Positions 26,115-39,200 of a DNA stretch of 64,000 nt are shown one piece after another. The stretch is from Azolla caroliniana (taxonomy: Eukaryota; Plantae; Polypodiophyta). The position numbers and the translations under genes were made by a program. The stretch's first letter is position 1. Every line of letters starts with the position of its first letter. The notes beneath the pieces are model-generated. The model saw nothing but the letters and a program-made list of their open reading frames with translations. It had not been told where the DNA came from and searched no databases. The DNA is taken from contig JBHGNT010000012.1 in assembly GCA_043228905.1 (NCBI GenBank), positions 9,486,001 through 9,550,000 on the forward strand, written 5' to 3'.

Positions 26115-27341
26115 TTAGCGAATTCAAAAAATCTAGCATTATCAAACTTTTCATGAAATAACAACTATGTTATTCTTGTACAAAAAAGGGCCATATAAAA
26201 TTGTAAGCACGTCCTTTCTTCAATCTAATACTTGCATTGCACATTGATGTGCTGAACATTGTTGCCCATTGACCTAAATTGACACCACTTAAAATATGAC
26301 TCTCTCTTCTTCTTTTTGCAAAAAGAACACTACTTCCCATTAGTTAGCAAACAAAGTACATCAAAGTTCAGCCATAATCAACAAAACTCACACTACTCCA
26401 CACAATACCAAGCATAATCCCCACCCTACTATTTAAAACGAAAGTATCCCACTAACTCTTTTTACATGGTAACCACATAATTACATCTTCTGTCCACTAA
26501 TGTATGCCAATGACGGAAACAACCATCTTGGTGCTTGGTAGTTCCATTTAGGCCCTGATGCTTAATTTACCATCATAGGAGAACGATCCCATTTGAGCAA
26601 AAACTTTGACCGAGCCCTTTCTGCTTCATCCGAGTTCCCTTCAATTCAGTTGTATCGTCTGCGCTGCCAAGATACTAGCTCAAACCAAATGTTTAGCAAC
26701 ACTTGACCGCTTGGGAGTTTTCGTTGCTGAAAAACAAACATACATCGTCTGGTCCAAATGTGCCAGACCGAGACGCATCCCACCAATATCCATATCTCCT
26801 CAAAAAAACCAGAGTTTATACCAGGTATTAGAGATATGATCTAATGGAAGCGTATGATAAGGAGAAAAGAATGATAGATAGATAGATAGAAAGGAGAGAG
26901 AGAAAGTGTCAGGAATAGTACTAAAGTAGAGATGGAATTAGTACTAAGAAGAGTAGTACTATTAGTACTAAGAGGACGGGACTGCGTAAGATTCCCGAGA
27001 GAGAGGAAGTGAGAAGAGGAGAGAGAGAGATAGGATGATGACATCAGCTCTTATATTATATGAAAGATAAGTACAAATCGGCTAAGAGGCTTAAGACTAG
27101 TGTTGAACCAATTTGGTTCAAAACAATGCCTTGTGCCTCCTTTTATAGTGTTTTTAGGAATAATCCTGAAGCTTCTAGAATGTTCCAGGGAGATCTGGAA
27201 TATACATCAATTTTCTATGATAAAGCATAAATGAAAATAATATTCTACAAATTACAATTCATAGTCTAATGGTAGGAGCTCGACCCATGTAGCATAAGGT
27301 CATGGGTTCGAGTCTTGCCCTATCATGACACTATCTCCCTT

Positions 27342-30300
27342 TTAAAGACGACGAGTGGAACGAGTCGGCGCTAATTGCGGACCGGGTTTGTCCGGATACT
27401 TTCGGTGGAAATCAGCAAGAAGATCCTGTGCATTGGCAACATGATCGACGGGTTCCCAAGTACGTTCGCTCAGACTATAACCGAGCCAATCGACCAAGTA
27501 ATAAAGTTTGTTGCGAACAAGTTTGGAATCGAGGATGGCAGCAACTTCATACTCCGGGCTGGCGTCCAACTCCAGCGGGGGCGGCGGTGGTGTCACACGA
27601 TCGGGAATGGTGTTTTCTTTATAAGGTTCAAGAAGAGAAAAAATGGAAAACCGGATGTATCTGAAGCTGCGGAGGGAGATCAAGGCGGAAGGTGACATCA
27701 TTAATCTTACCCGTAATACGGAAAGGACCGAGTCGTCGATAATCCAACTTGTCGCACGGTCGAGTAGTCTTGATGTGACGACGTAAGAGCCATACTCGAT
27801 CTCCGATGGCAAAAGAGGAGGGAATCCGATGACGATCCGCATAAGTCTTCTGTGTGTGTTGAGCATGACGAAGGTGAGTAGAGAGATCCATCTGGATCTT
27901 GCGTAGCCTCTCCAAATGATCCTCGGCACGAGGGTTGGTAGGTAGCTCCGGAGTGTCGATCACCGACCAACGAGGATGGAAACCGGTATAAGCGAAAAAT
28001 GGGGAGACCCGAGTCGAGGAGTGAATAGCATTATTATACGCAAACTCCGCAAAGTGGAGAATCTCGGCCCAATTGTCCTGTTCATAACTCAGGAAACACC
28101 GGAGATATTGCTCTAGCGTTTGGTTTGTTCGTTCCGCCTGCCCATCGGTCTGAGGATGGTAGCCGGAGGAGAGGTTGCAGGAGACCTTGAGCATCTTGAA
28201 GAGATGCTGCCAAAATTTGGAGACAAATTGCGGGCCTCGATCACTGATAATACTGTCTGGGAGGCCATGATGCCGAAATACCTCACGCATAACAAGAGCG
28301 GCGGTTTCCTCGCTAGTGATGGCTTTAGTACACGGCACAAAATGTGCCATCTTCGTAAATTGATCGACGACGGTTAGGATAGCATCGAACCCCTTCGAGA
28401 CCGGCAGATCTGTGATAAAATCAAGACAAATAGACTGCCACGGCTTACTTGGAATCAGTAAGGGTTCCAACAAGCCATATGGATGGTGTTGTGGCATCTT
28501 TGCTCGGCAGCAAGCATCACAGGTCCGAACGTAGTCGTCGACAAAACGACGCATGTGGGGCCACCAAAAAGATCGCTGCACTAGCTCCAACGTCTTAGTA
28601 CTACCGAAATGTCCCGCCGTATGGGTGTCATGACAATGTTGGACGATTTGAAGGCGACAGGAGCAATCGGGGACATATACGTGTTTTTTAAAGAATAACA
28701 TACCATCATGATATTCGAATTGTCGGTAGTCAATACCTGGTTGTTGAGACTGAGAACAGGATGCCCGAGAAGTATCAATGTGCGCCGGGATGTCTTGAGC
28801 AAAACTATCGGTCTTCAAGGTTGCATGCATGTCATCGGTAATCCGTGAATCCGTCGGGGTGTGAAAAATCCGCGTCGTGTGCAATCGTGTTGGTTCCAAG
28901 ATTACTTGCTTTTGATTATCAAATGTTGCGTCACCAAGCCGTCGATTTAGTACGCGAGCGTTCTGAAAATAAGCAAGATTTTTATGATCGCTAAAGACAA
29001 TGACCTGATGTGGAGAGCCCTCTAAGAAATGCCACCATTGTACAAATGAATCCACGATGGCTAATAACTCCTTGTCATGTATTTCGTAGTTGATTTCTGC
29101 GACATCGAATTTGCGCGAATGGAAAGCCACTGGATGCAACTCTTCTTTATCGCCTTGTTGAGAAAGGATGCTACCGAGGGCGAAATCTGATGCGTCGGCC
29201 TCCATGATGAATGGTTTGCTTGTATCCACATGAGCTAGAATTGGTGCTGATGTAAAGGCTTTCTTAAGATGCCGAAAAGCCATATCTGCTTCTATGGACC
29301 AAAGAAATGCTTGGCCCTTCTTCGTAAGTTGTGTGAGAGGTAAAATAATCTTCGAGTAATCCTGTATAAACTTACGGTAGAAGTTAGCAAAACCTAGAAA
29401 ACGTTGCCCTTTGAGGAGATGACGTAGCCTAGAAATTCCACTTGCTTGCAGTCAAAGCTACATTTTTCTAGCTTGGCATAAAGACCATTCTCGCGGAGTC
29501 TCTTTAGTACTAATAGTACATGAGAATCGTGCTCTTCCTGGGTCTTCGAATAAATCAATAGATCATCCAGATAAATGATCAAACAGATATCCAAGAGGTC
29601 TCTGAATATATCATTTGCCATGTGTTGGAAGACTGTGGGTGCATTGGTTAGGCCAAACGACATAACAGTATACTCGAAATGCCCATACCGCGTGCGAAAG
29701 ACGGTCTTCCACTCATCTCCCAGTCAGATCCGCACGAGGTTATACGCTCCTCGTAGGTCGATTTTAGTAAAACACTTGGCACCATTAACTCGCTCTAAAA
29801 GACTTGATATAAGAGGAAGTGCATACCTATTCCGGATGGTGACTTTATTCAATCCGCAGTAATCAACGACAAGACGAAGTGAGCCATCTTTCTTCTTGAC
29901 AAAGAAGATGGGTGCACCGGCCAGAGATTTCGAATGGCGGATGAACCCGCTTGCCAAGTTCTCCTCTATGTAGGCTCGAAGGACTTCTAACTCGGTGGGT
30001 GACAAGTTGTAAATTGGTCCCCATGGTGGCTCGGTTCCTGGTTGTAAATCGATGGGACAGTCATAGGGATGGTGATGAGGAAGGGTACCGGCTTTTACCT
30101 TGTCAAATACATCGGCATAAGGATGATATTTTGCTGGAAGTTGTACTGAGTCCTGCTTAATAGTGTTGGAAGGATGTACTGATATTGCAAATAGGAACAT
30201 TGCCTCCTTGGGTCCTTCTTCGCGTAGTTGATGGAGTGAAATGGTCGAAACTTGGTGAGTTGATTCTTGGGGTAGTCGATATTGGACTTCTCTTGTTCTC

Positions 30301-30728
30301 CAATCTATGGCTGGATTATGTAATTCAAACCAAGGTAATCCTAGGACAATGGGATGCTCTGGACTACTAATTATATTAAATGATATTACACACACAAAAC
30401 TACCTAGGAAAACTTGAATGGGTTCTGATTCTTCTACAATATTCCCGGAAGCAATGGGACGACCATCAATGACTACTATAGATGCGGGACAAGGAAGTTT
30501 TCTTAAGGATATCTGAGAAGCTTGGGCAAAATTTCGATCCATGAAACAGGAATTAGCTCCGGAATCTAAAAGTGCTAGGACGGGTACTGGGGGAGTACTT
30601 TTAGTACTAACAATGACTTGGGCTAGGAACACATTGCTAACTTGCTTGGAAGGAATGGAACCACTAATGGGCTGTACAGATCTAGGGTTGTTGTCCAACC
30701 AAACGGCTCCTATTTTGGCTGGACTCAA
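27342..30728 (-). pseudogene. F pol: PR-RT-RH-INT with type I chromodomain
   Basis: LLDSGANSCF; KIDLRGAYNLVRI; YLDDLLIYS; EADASDFALG; LDFITDLP; EYEVAAILDS...YLVDWLGY...TWEP. A few stops and frameshifts. Confidence 0.93.
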
Positions 30729-30946
30729 TCGTTTAACTCTTCATCTAATTGACTAAGGATTTCAAATTTATTTGAGATACTTGGGCTATTAGTACTATGA
30801 ATACTATCAAACACTCTATTAGTACTATTAATACTATCAAACACTCCTAAGGGAAGAATTGACTCGGGTTTAGTATAGGCTACAATTTGATTTACCTGTC
30901 TTCTTGGCCTATGGGGACAATTGATTGCGATATGCCTTGGTCCACC

Positions 30947-31882
30947 TCAATAAAGACATAATCTATTTGCACGTCGTCGTTGCTTTTCTTCTTCCGATAA
31001 CAGGCCGCGTCGACACATGGTATCGATCTCCATCAGTGTCGAAGTATTTGCTTGAGGTATGTCTCGTGCAAACGGTCTAGCCACGACTGCGGCATAAGTG
31101 GGCTCCGGCCTAGCGCGTGGTATCTGTAATTGACGTTCTGAACGCCGTTCGAAGAGGCGGTTGTCACATCGGACCGCTCGACTAATTGCCTCCGTAAGAG
31201 ACTTTGGTTCTTCGGGGAAGGTTAGAAGTAGATCTTTGACATCATTTCGCAGGCCATAGCGAAACTGCTCCATTAGTGCTTGATCATCCCAGGGTATGTC
31301 GGAAGCGAGTAGGCGGAAATCCGCCGCGTAGGCAGAGGCTAGACGATCGCCTTGACGCAATCGCCGGATCTTGTTGATCGTCGTCCTGATGCTGTCGGTG
31401 TCTCCAAAGCAGGCTTTGAACTCACTAATAAAATCTTCGAAGTTATTAAGCAAGGGCAATTGTTTTTCTAGAAGCGGAGCGAACCATGCTAAGGCTGAGC
31501 CGCTAAGCAACGTGCCTATTAAGCCGACTCGGGATGCATCAGTGGGGTATCGGGAAGGATGCATTTGGAGGACTAATTGTACCTGATTAAGGAATCCCCT
31601 GAATTGCGATCGCGTTCCATCAAATTTCACAGGAAGTCCAATCTTCGGCTCTTTATGAAATCCTTGGGGACTTGATCCTTGTTGTTGTAATGCCGCTTCG
31701 AGTTGTTGCACCCGTAACGCTAACTCCCCATGCTGTTGCTGCGTTTGTTGCTTTTCTAGAGTGATTTGTTGTAGATCCCCTATCAGCCGTTGGTTTTCTT
31801 GTTCCAGGGCAACAAACTTTTCTTTTAGGCACTGTAACTTGGAGAAAACGGATTGATATTCTTGGGCGCTAACAGTAGCCAT
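30947..31882 (-). CDS. F Gag (sushi/PEG10-like)
   Basis: 311-aa ORF with an N-terminal coiled coil, PVKFDG...FLNQ, LSGSALAW and LRQG; it stops within the Zn knuckle (RLCLY*). Confidence 0.85.
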   Translation of the reverse strand: MATVSAQEYQSVFSKLQCLKEKFVALEQENQRLIGDLQQITLEKQQTQQQHGELALRVQQLEAALQQQGSSPQGFHKEPKIGLPVKFDGTRSQFRGFLNQVQLVLQMHPSRYPTDASRVGLIGTLLSGSALAWFAPLLEKQLPLLNNFEDFISEFKACFGDTDSIRTTINKIRRLRQGDRLASAYAADFRLLASDIPWDDQALMEQFRYGLRNDVKDLLLTFPEEPKSLTEAISRAVRCDNRLFERRSERQLQIPRARPEPTYAAVVARPFARDIPQANTSTLMEIDTMCRRGLLSEEEKQRRRANRLCLY

Positions 31883-34800
31883 AGTAGAGGGAAAAGGGTA
31901 GGAGGATGAGGGAGAACGACAAGTAGGCTGGAGGAAAGAGACCCAAATTGGTTCAAATTGTCAGGAATAGTACTAAAGCAGAGATGGAATTAGTACTAAG
32001 AAGAGTAGTACTATTAGTACTAAGAGGACGGGATTGCGTAAGATTCCCGAGAGAGAGGAAGTGAGAAGAGGAGAGAGAGAGATAGGATGATGACAACAGC
32101 TCTTATATTATATGAAAGATAAGTACAACTCGGCTAAGAGGCTTAAGACTGGTGTTGAACCAATTTGGTTCAAAACAATGCCTTGTGCCTCCTTTTATAG
32201 TGTTTTTAGGAATAATCCTGAAGCTTCTAGAATGTTCCAGAGAGATCTGGAATATACATCAATTTTCTATGATAAAGCATAAATGAAAATAATATCCTAC
32301 AAATTACAATTCATAGTTTAATGGTAAGAGCTCGACCCATGTAGCATAAGGTCATGAGTTCGAGTCTTGCCATATCATGATAGAAAGAAGGGTGCCGACC
32401 ACCCCCGAGCGAAGGGATCGAGACGGACTCAAGCCTCGTTCGGCGTCCCATACCACCGTCGTGGTGTTGAGTCGTACCTTGTGTTGGCACGCTCGCTACA
32501 ACAGTTGAACCACCACGAAACAAAATCTCAACGTAGTCAAAAGATGATGAAATGAGGGTAGCTAGGCCTCTTATTTATAGCGATACCCAAGGTCCCCAAG
32601 CAAGTTCACACTTGGCCTAATGGGTTGTCTCAATCCCGAGGATTAAAAGTAATCCTCCCTTTCTTTACACTCTCGTTTAACCCTCACACTTATCCACATG
32701 TATAGAATACTGTGGTGAGAATTATGGTAAATTCTCACCACGGAATATTATATGGTCATGCTCGTAACATACTCCCCCCTCTTTAAAACATTGCACTCTT
32801 GCAATGGAAAGTTAGGGAAGCTAGTTCTGAGAGTATTTTCGCGTTCCCATGTGGCATCTTTTATTGATTTATCCATCCATTTTATTTTAAATTCTCGGAT
32901 TTCTTTAGTACGTAATTGTTTTGTTTTAACATCAAGAATTCTTTCTGGTACATGTGGTTTAGAAGATAATTCTTCAGAAGTAACCAGAGTTTCAGTTGTA
33001 ACTGTATTGTCACTAGAACCTAGAAGTTCTTTTAGACGGCTCACATGAAAAACTGGATGAATTTCAACACCATCGGGAAGAGCGAGACGATAGGCTGATG
33101 ACCAATGCGTTTGAGGACTGTAAAAGGTCCACAACCGTGGGGCTAACTTAGCGCACTTACCCTGAGACAATGTCTTAGAATTGTGAGGTACACGTAAAAA
33201 TACCTTCTGTCCAGGATTGAATACACCAGGTTGCCTATGATGATCGACATAAAAACGCGCCTCTCTAGCAGGAAATTTTCCTCGCTAGAAGACTATGTTC
33301 ACCATGCTAGAAACCAAATCCAAAACTCGGGTCTAGAAGGAGACAATTGGTTAATAGCTTGTTTTATCAATGGCATTCCCAATTCGGACTATCACTGGAT
33401 AGTGCACGATAAGGATCCAAAATCCTTCGAAGAGGCCGTTGAAATAGTTCTTCGCTATCAATGCACTTCAAAGAAGGACCACAACAAACCCAACGAAGCG
33501 CCCGGGACTAAGTAGTTGCAATTCGCTGGGAAACGCAAGACACCCAACGAATTCATGGATCGCGACTGTATGCGACAACATCCTTTTTGGGTATTCTCGA
33601 AAATGAAGGGTCATACAAAAGAGCAATGTCGAAAGCTCCAACAGAATGAGCATGACAGCAAAGCTAAAGTTGCAGACCATAAAGGTAAGAGTCCTAATGT
33701 CCTTCAGATCTATACACATCATTTAAGTAAATGTCAATGTGCTTTCCCTCACTATGTATTGGGTCCCAATGATTTACTACGTGCAAACGGGTATATCAAT
33801 GGATCTCCCGTACAATTTTTGTTTGATTTGGGAAGCTCACACAACTTTGTGAATGATCGTTTGGTTCAAATATGGGGAATCCAACCCACCGTAAGTGATC
33901 ACACCTATACAGTGCACTTGGCTGATAGAAGAGCACAATACATCAACAAGGCGATTCATTCATAAGGAATTTCTATTGATACTTATATAGAGGAAGTAGA
34001 CTTCCATGTAATGAATCTTTGTACCACTAATGTAATACTGGGTTATCTCTGGTTCTATAATAAAAACTCTTCTTTGTCTATTGATTGGGTTCATCATTCA
34101 ATAACATTTATACTGAACGATTATACTCATTTTATTCAATGTGTAAAAAAACTATCCCTCTTGATTGTTTCCTCTCCATCAATATCCGAGTTGTCTTGTT
34201 CTACTCTATTTTATTGTGTACTTGATCCAGACATTCACGTTTACAATATTGATAATATCTCGGTTCAATTGACATATTTTGAACAACAACTTGATGAAAT
34301 CTTAAATGATTTTCGTGATGTTTTTCCGAGTGAACTACCAGATGGGTTACCTCCTAAACGTAATATAGACCATCGTATAGATATTGTACTTGGCGTTGCA
34401 CCAATAAGTATACCTCCTTATCTCTTAAGTCGATCCAAAGAGGATGAGGTATCTAATCAACTCAAGGACTATTTACGAAGGATTCAAAATCCTTCGAAGA
34501 GGCTGTTGAAATAGTTCTTCGCTGTCAATGCACTTTGAAGAAGGACCACAACAAACCCAACGAAGCGCCCGGGACTAAGCAGTCGCAATTCGCTGGGAAA
34601 TGCAAGACACCCCAACGAATTCATGGATCGCGATTGTAAGTGACAACATCCTTTCTGCATATTCTCCAAAAAGAAGGTTCATACAAAAGGACAATGTCGA
34701 ATGTCGAAAGCTCCAACGGAAAGAGCACGACAACAAAGCTAAAGTTGCAGACCATAAAGGTCAGTTTCCTAATGTCCTTCAGGTCTATACACATCATTTA

Positions 34801-36209
34801 AGTAATTGTCAATGTTCTTTCTGTCACTATGTATTGGGTCCCAATTATTTACTACACGCAAACGGGTATATCAATGGATCTCCCGTACAATTTTCATTTG
34901 ATTCAAGAAGCTCACACAACTTTGTGAATGATCGTTTGGTTCAGATATGGCGAATCCAACCCACCATAAGTGATCACACCTATACAGTGCACTTGGCTGA
35001 TGGAAGAGTACAATACATCAACGGGTTGATTCATTCATTAGGAATTTCTATTGATACTTATATAGAGGAAGTAGACTTCCATGTAATGAATCTTTGTACC
35101 ACTGATGTAATACTGGGTTATCTCTGGTTCTATAATAAAAACTCTTCTTTGTCTATTGATTGAGTTCATCATTCAATAACATTTATACTGAACGATTATA
35201 CTCATTTTATTCAATGTGTAAAAAAACTATCCCTCTTGATTGTTTCCTCTCCATCAATATCCGAGTTGTCTTGTTCTACTCTATTTTATTGTGTACTTGA
35301 TCCAGACATTCACGTTTACAATATTGATAATATCTCGGTTCAATTGACATATTTTGAACAACAACTTGATGAAATCTTAAATGATTTTCGTGATGTTTTT
35401 CCGAGTGAACTACCAGATGGGTTACCTCCTAAACGTAATATAGACCATTGTATAGATATTGTACTTGGTGTTGCACCAATAAGTATACCTCCTTATCGCT
35501 TAAGTCGATCCAAAGAGGATGAGGTATCTAAGCAACTCAAGGACTATTTACGAATGGGTTATATACGTTATAGTAAATCTCCATGGGGTGCACCAGTTCT
35601 CTTGGTTAAAAAGAAAGAGGGCACATGACATGTGTATTAATTACCGACGCTTGAATAAAGTGACGATCAAGAATTCGTATCCATTGCCCCGGCCTGACGA
35701 TCTAATTGACCGTCTCTAGGGAGCTCGGTATTTTACGAAACTTGATCTTCGTACTGGCTACCATCGAATTCGTATAAGTGAGGACGATGTTCGTAAAACG
35801 ACATTTCATACGCGATATGGCCATTATGAGTTTTTGGTTATGCCTTTTGGTTTGACCAATGCTCTGGCTACATTTCAACAAGAAATGAATGACATTTTCC
35901 GAGAACAACTTGGAAAATTTGTCATTATTTTCTTGGATGATATTTTAGTTTATAGCCGTACATTACAAGAACATGCTAAACATGTCCCCTTTGTTTTACA
36001 AACATTGTGTGACAAATAGTTTTATGCGAAGATCTCAAAATGTGAGTTCTTCAAGAAATCAATTACTTATCTTGGACATCTCATAACCGAACGAGGATCA
36101 TGAGATCCATGGATCATCCTCAATCCGATGGATAGACAGAACAAGTAAATCAAATTATTGAGGACATGCTTCGAGCATACGGTAGTACAAAACCAACAAA
36201 ATGGGAACG

Positions 36210-39200
36210 TGTGGAGCGGCAAGCTCATCGGCTTAAGAAGCCTGAGCCGGATCGACATCTAGAAGGATGAGCCGGATCGGTTTGACGGTGAGTTGGGGAG
36301 CCGGTTAGCCGGATCAAGCAGTAACCAGAAGCCAAGTAGCAGCTAGACTACTAGGTAGTTAAGGTCTTGTAGTTAGTGTCAGATGCTCGTGTGAGCATTG
36401 AAGTACACTGTACTTCTGTGAGTCCGTATGGACTTGTATAGAAGTGTTCACTAAACACATATGATGTACAAAATATTACAGAGTTTTAGAGTTATTATTT
36501 AATAGAGTTTATGTTCTGCTCTTACTCTCCCTCTCTGTCTCTCCCGCGTACTGTGTATATTCAAGCTCTCCATAAAACCTAAGTTTCTGTGTTTTCGGTT
36601 TTCTATTATTTTCGTACACTATTCTTTCACATGGTAACAGAGCGTGAGGGTTGAGAACCTCTGCAGCCGACATCAGCATCTGAAGACAAACCCTAAGAAC
36701 AGAAAGAGAAGTAATGGACAGAGGAATGGCTAGCTCGCTCCCGACGGAGAAGCTCGACAGAAACAACTACGCATCTTGGTCCTACAAGATGTACCAATAC
36801 CTGCTCGGGCATGGCTACTGGAGCTATGTCGACGGAGCAAATGACACAACACCTGAATCGACACATAGAGATTTCTCGGTGTGGGAACAGTCGGCGAGCA
36901 GAGTATTGTACTGCTTCGCGTCCTATGTGGGCGAACAGCTCCTAAGCTACATTCGGGATGCAAAGACGCTGAAAGATGATTGGGGAAATCTGAAGAAGAT
37001 TTTCGCCGCAAGCACTACAGCCAGGAAGCTTCAACTCCGACAGGAGCTGAGCAACCTACGACAACGCAAGTTGTCGGTGGCAAACTACACCTCCAAAATC
37101 ATGGACATTTGCGACTCTCTGGCCTCCGTGAATGTGAATATCGAAGAAGCCGATATGGTGCAAATCTGTCTCGGAGATTTTGCGTCAAAGTTCCGAATTG
37201 CTGTGTGTACAAGGGAGAATACGCAATCATTTTTCGACTTACAATCGATGCTCCTTGAAGAGGAGAACCACGCCGGTGCGTTAAAAAGTGCACCCACCGA
37301 CAGCCGGATGCTGTACACGGAGGCAGATCGGCCTCGTGGGTGTGGTGGAAGATCGAAATGGTAGCGGTCGACAAGAGCAGGATCGAAGGCACAGAGAACG
37401 TGCCGACAGCAGTTTCGGACCCTCCACAAGCAGGGGGAGTCAAGGCGGCGCTGGAGGCCGGCAAGCAAAGGCCGACACGGAATGTTGGTACTGTGGTAAA
37501 AAGGGCCACAGAGAAAGCGAGTGTTGGAAGAAGCGCGTTGATTTGGACAGATTCGGATCCGGCAAGGCTGGTAGAGAGAACCGTCAATACTTGCACTACG
37601 CAGAAGGATCGGGAGGATCCAAAACCGGGAAAGCTGGTAAAGGGCCAGCCTTGGTGATGAAACATGAGGCTAACTAGATGAAGAAGACCACTTCCAAATT
37701 GGAGGAAGTGTGGTACGTTGATTCCGGTGTGTCAAATCACATGATGAGCCACGAAGAGTGGTTCTCTTTCTTGGAGAAACCGGAACAACTAGGAGTTGTG
37801 GAAACCGGAGACGACACTCCACACCCAATCGTGCATGTCGGAGAAGTCCCTTTGAGCCATGTCGGATAGAGGGGGAAGCTAATGAACGTATTACACGTTC
37901 CGACTATCATGAAGAACCTGGTGTCAGTCGATCAGATCGTTGACCAGGGGATGTAAGTGTGGTTTACGCACCTTGGGTGCTTCATAGAGGAAGAGGGCCA
38001 GATTATTGCGCAAGGGTGCAGAGACGGGAGGATGTTTATCCTCGACACCAATGACGTCGACACCACTTTGTTCGCCAAAGGACAGAAGATTGAATCGAAT
38101 ATTGATCTTTGGCACAAGCGGATCGGTCACATCAACTACCGGAGGCTTCAAGACTTGCAAACGAAACGAGTTATTTTCGGTTTGCCGAAGTTTAGTGGCC
38201 GGAAGGCCCATGTATGTGAAGCCTACCAACTCGGGAAGTAACACCGGCTTCCATTCCCCATCGACCGAAACCATAGCCGTAACAAGCTTGACCTTATCCA
38301 TTTGGATGTATGGGAGCCAGCACAGAATGTTAGTCTTGGCAGGAGTCGGTATTTCGTTTCCGTCATCGACGACTACAAAGCCTGATTGAACGGAAGAGCG
38401 AATTCTTCGAGTGTTTTGGGAACCTACAAAGCCTGATTGAATGGGAAATGGAGAGGAAGATCAAGTGCCTGCGGTCGGATGGTGGAAAAGAATATTTTTC
38501 CGGCTAATTCAACAGTTATCTGTAGCAAAAAGGATTTTGGAGAGAGTTCAGCTGCAGATACATACCGGAGTAAATCAGTGTGGCTGAAAGGAAGAACCAG
38601 TCGATTGTCGACATGGCAAGGGCAATGTTGGAGGAGAAGAGCATGCCCCATTTCTACTGGGTGGAGGCGGTACGGACGACCGTCTACATCCAAAACCGGA
38701 TCTGTGACAAGGTGTCCTCACATGAGCTATATTTCGGGCACAAGCCGAATTTGAGACAACTTCGCATATTCGGTAGCATTGCATATATGCATGTGCCAGA
38801 TGAGAAGCGGAGGAAGTTGGATGCAAAGTCAAAGAAATGCATCCTGGTCGGAGAACTGGTCCAGATAGAAGATGAAGACCTCGACACTCTAGAAGAGAGT
38901 CCGACCTCATTTCGGTTAAGTGGACCGAATGAGCGACTGAGTCGGGATGACGAGTCAGATGATGAACCGGCGAGTAATGGAGACTCTGTCGTGCTCTCCC
39001 CGCGCAAGGAACTGAGGAGACGGTTCACGCGCAAAGAGAAGGGGAAGAAGACGATGTCGGAATACGAAACCGGCAACGTTGAGTCGGATCGGGGCGAATC
39101 CGACTCCGGAAAGGATGAGGGCGAATCTTCGGCAACAAAGACCACACCGGTCAAGAAGGGCCTCAAACCGGGTAACGATAAGTTACGCCGATCTCCCCGT

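Larger units (their letters stand above)
25415..26310 (+). repeat. tRNA-Leu satellite, block 1 (~330-bp monomer)
   Basis: Recurring tRNA-Leu core plus spacer motifs CTAGTGCTTGCATTGCACATTGATGTGC and AAATTGACACCACT. A 3' half-tRNA lies at 25415-25450. Confidence 0.95.
26907..32382 (-). mobile_element. Tcn1-like chromovirus F (self-priming type), full-length
   Basis: 424-bp LTRs 26907-27330 and 31959-32382, TSD GAAAG, PPT AAAAGGGAGATAG on the minus strand, no tRNA PBS. Confidence 0.95.
26311..33262 (-). mobile_element. Chromovirus family G, copy G1 (integrase tail, chromodomain, LTR ~26826-32769 split by element F, degenerate PBS)
   Basis: Reverse-complement match to 42127-42822 and 63221-63675. 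ORF 32748-33170 has PERILD...KIKW...DATWE...FP. Confidence 0.8.

Noticed and set aside
33510-33520. Programmed gag-pol stop read-through (TAG)
   Set aside because: The duplicated copy has CAG at the same site (~34580), so the stop is a C>T decay mutation.
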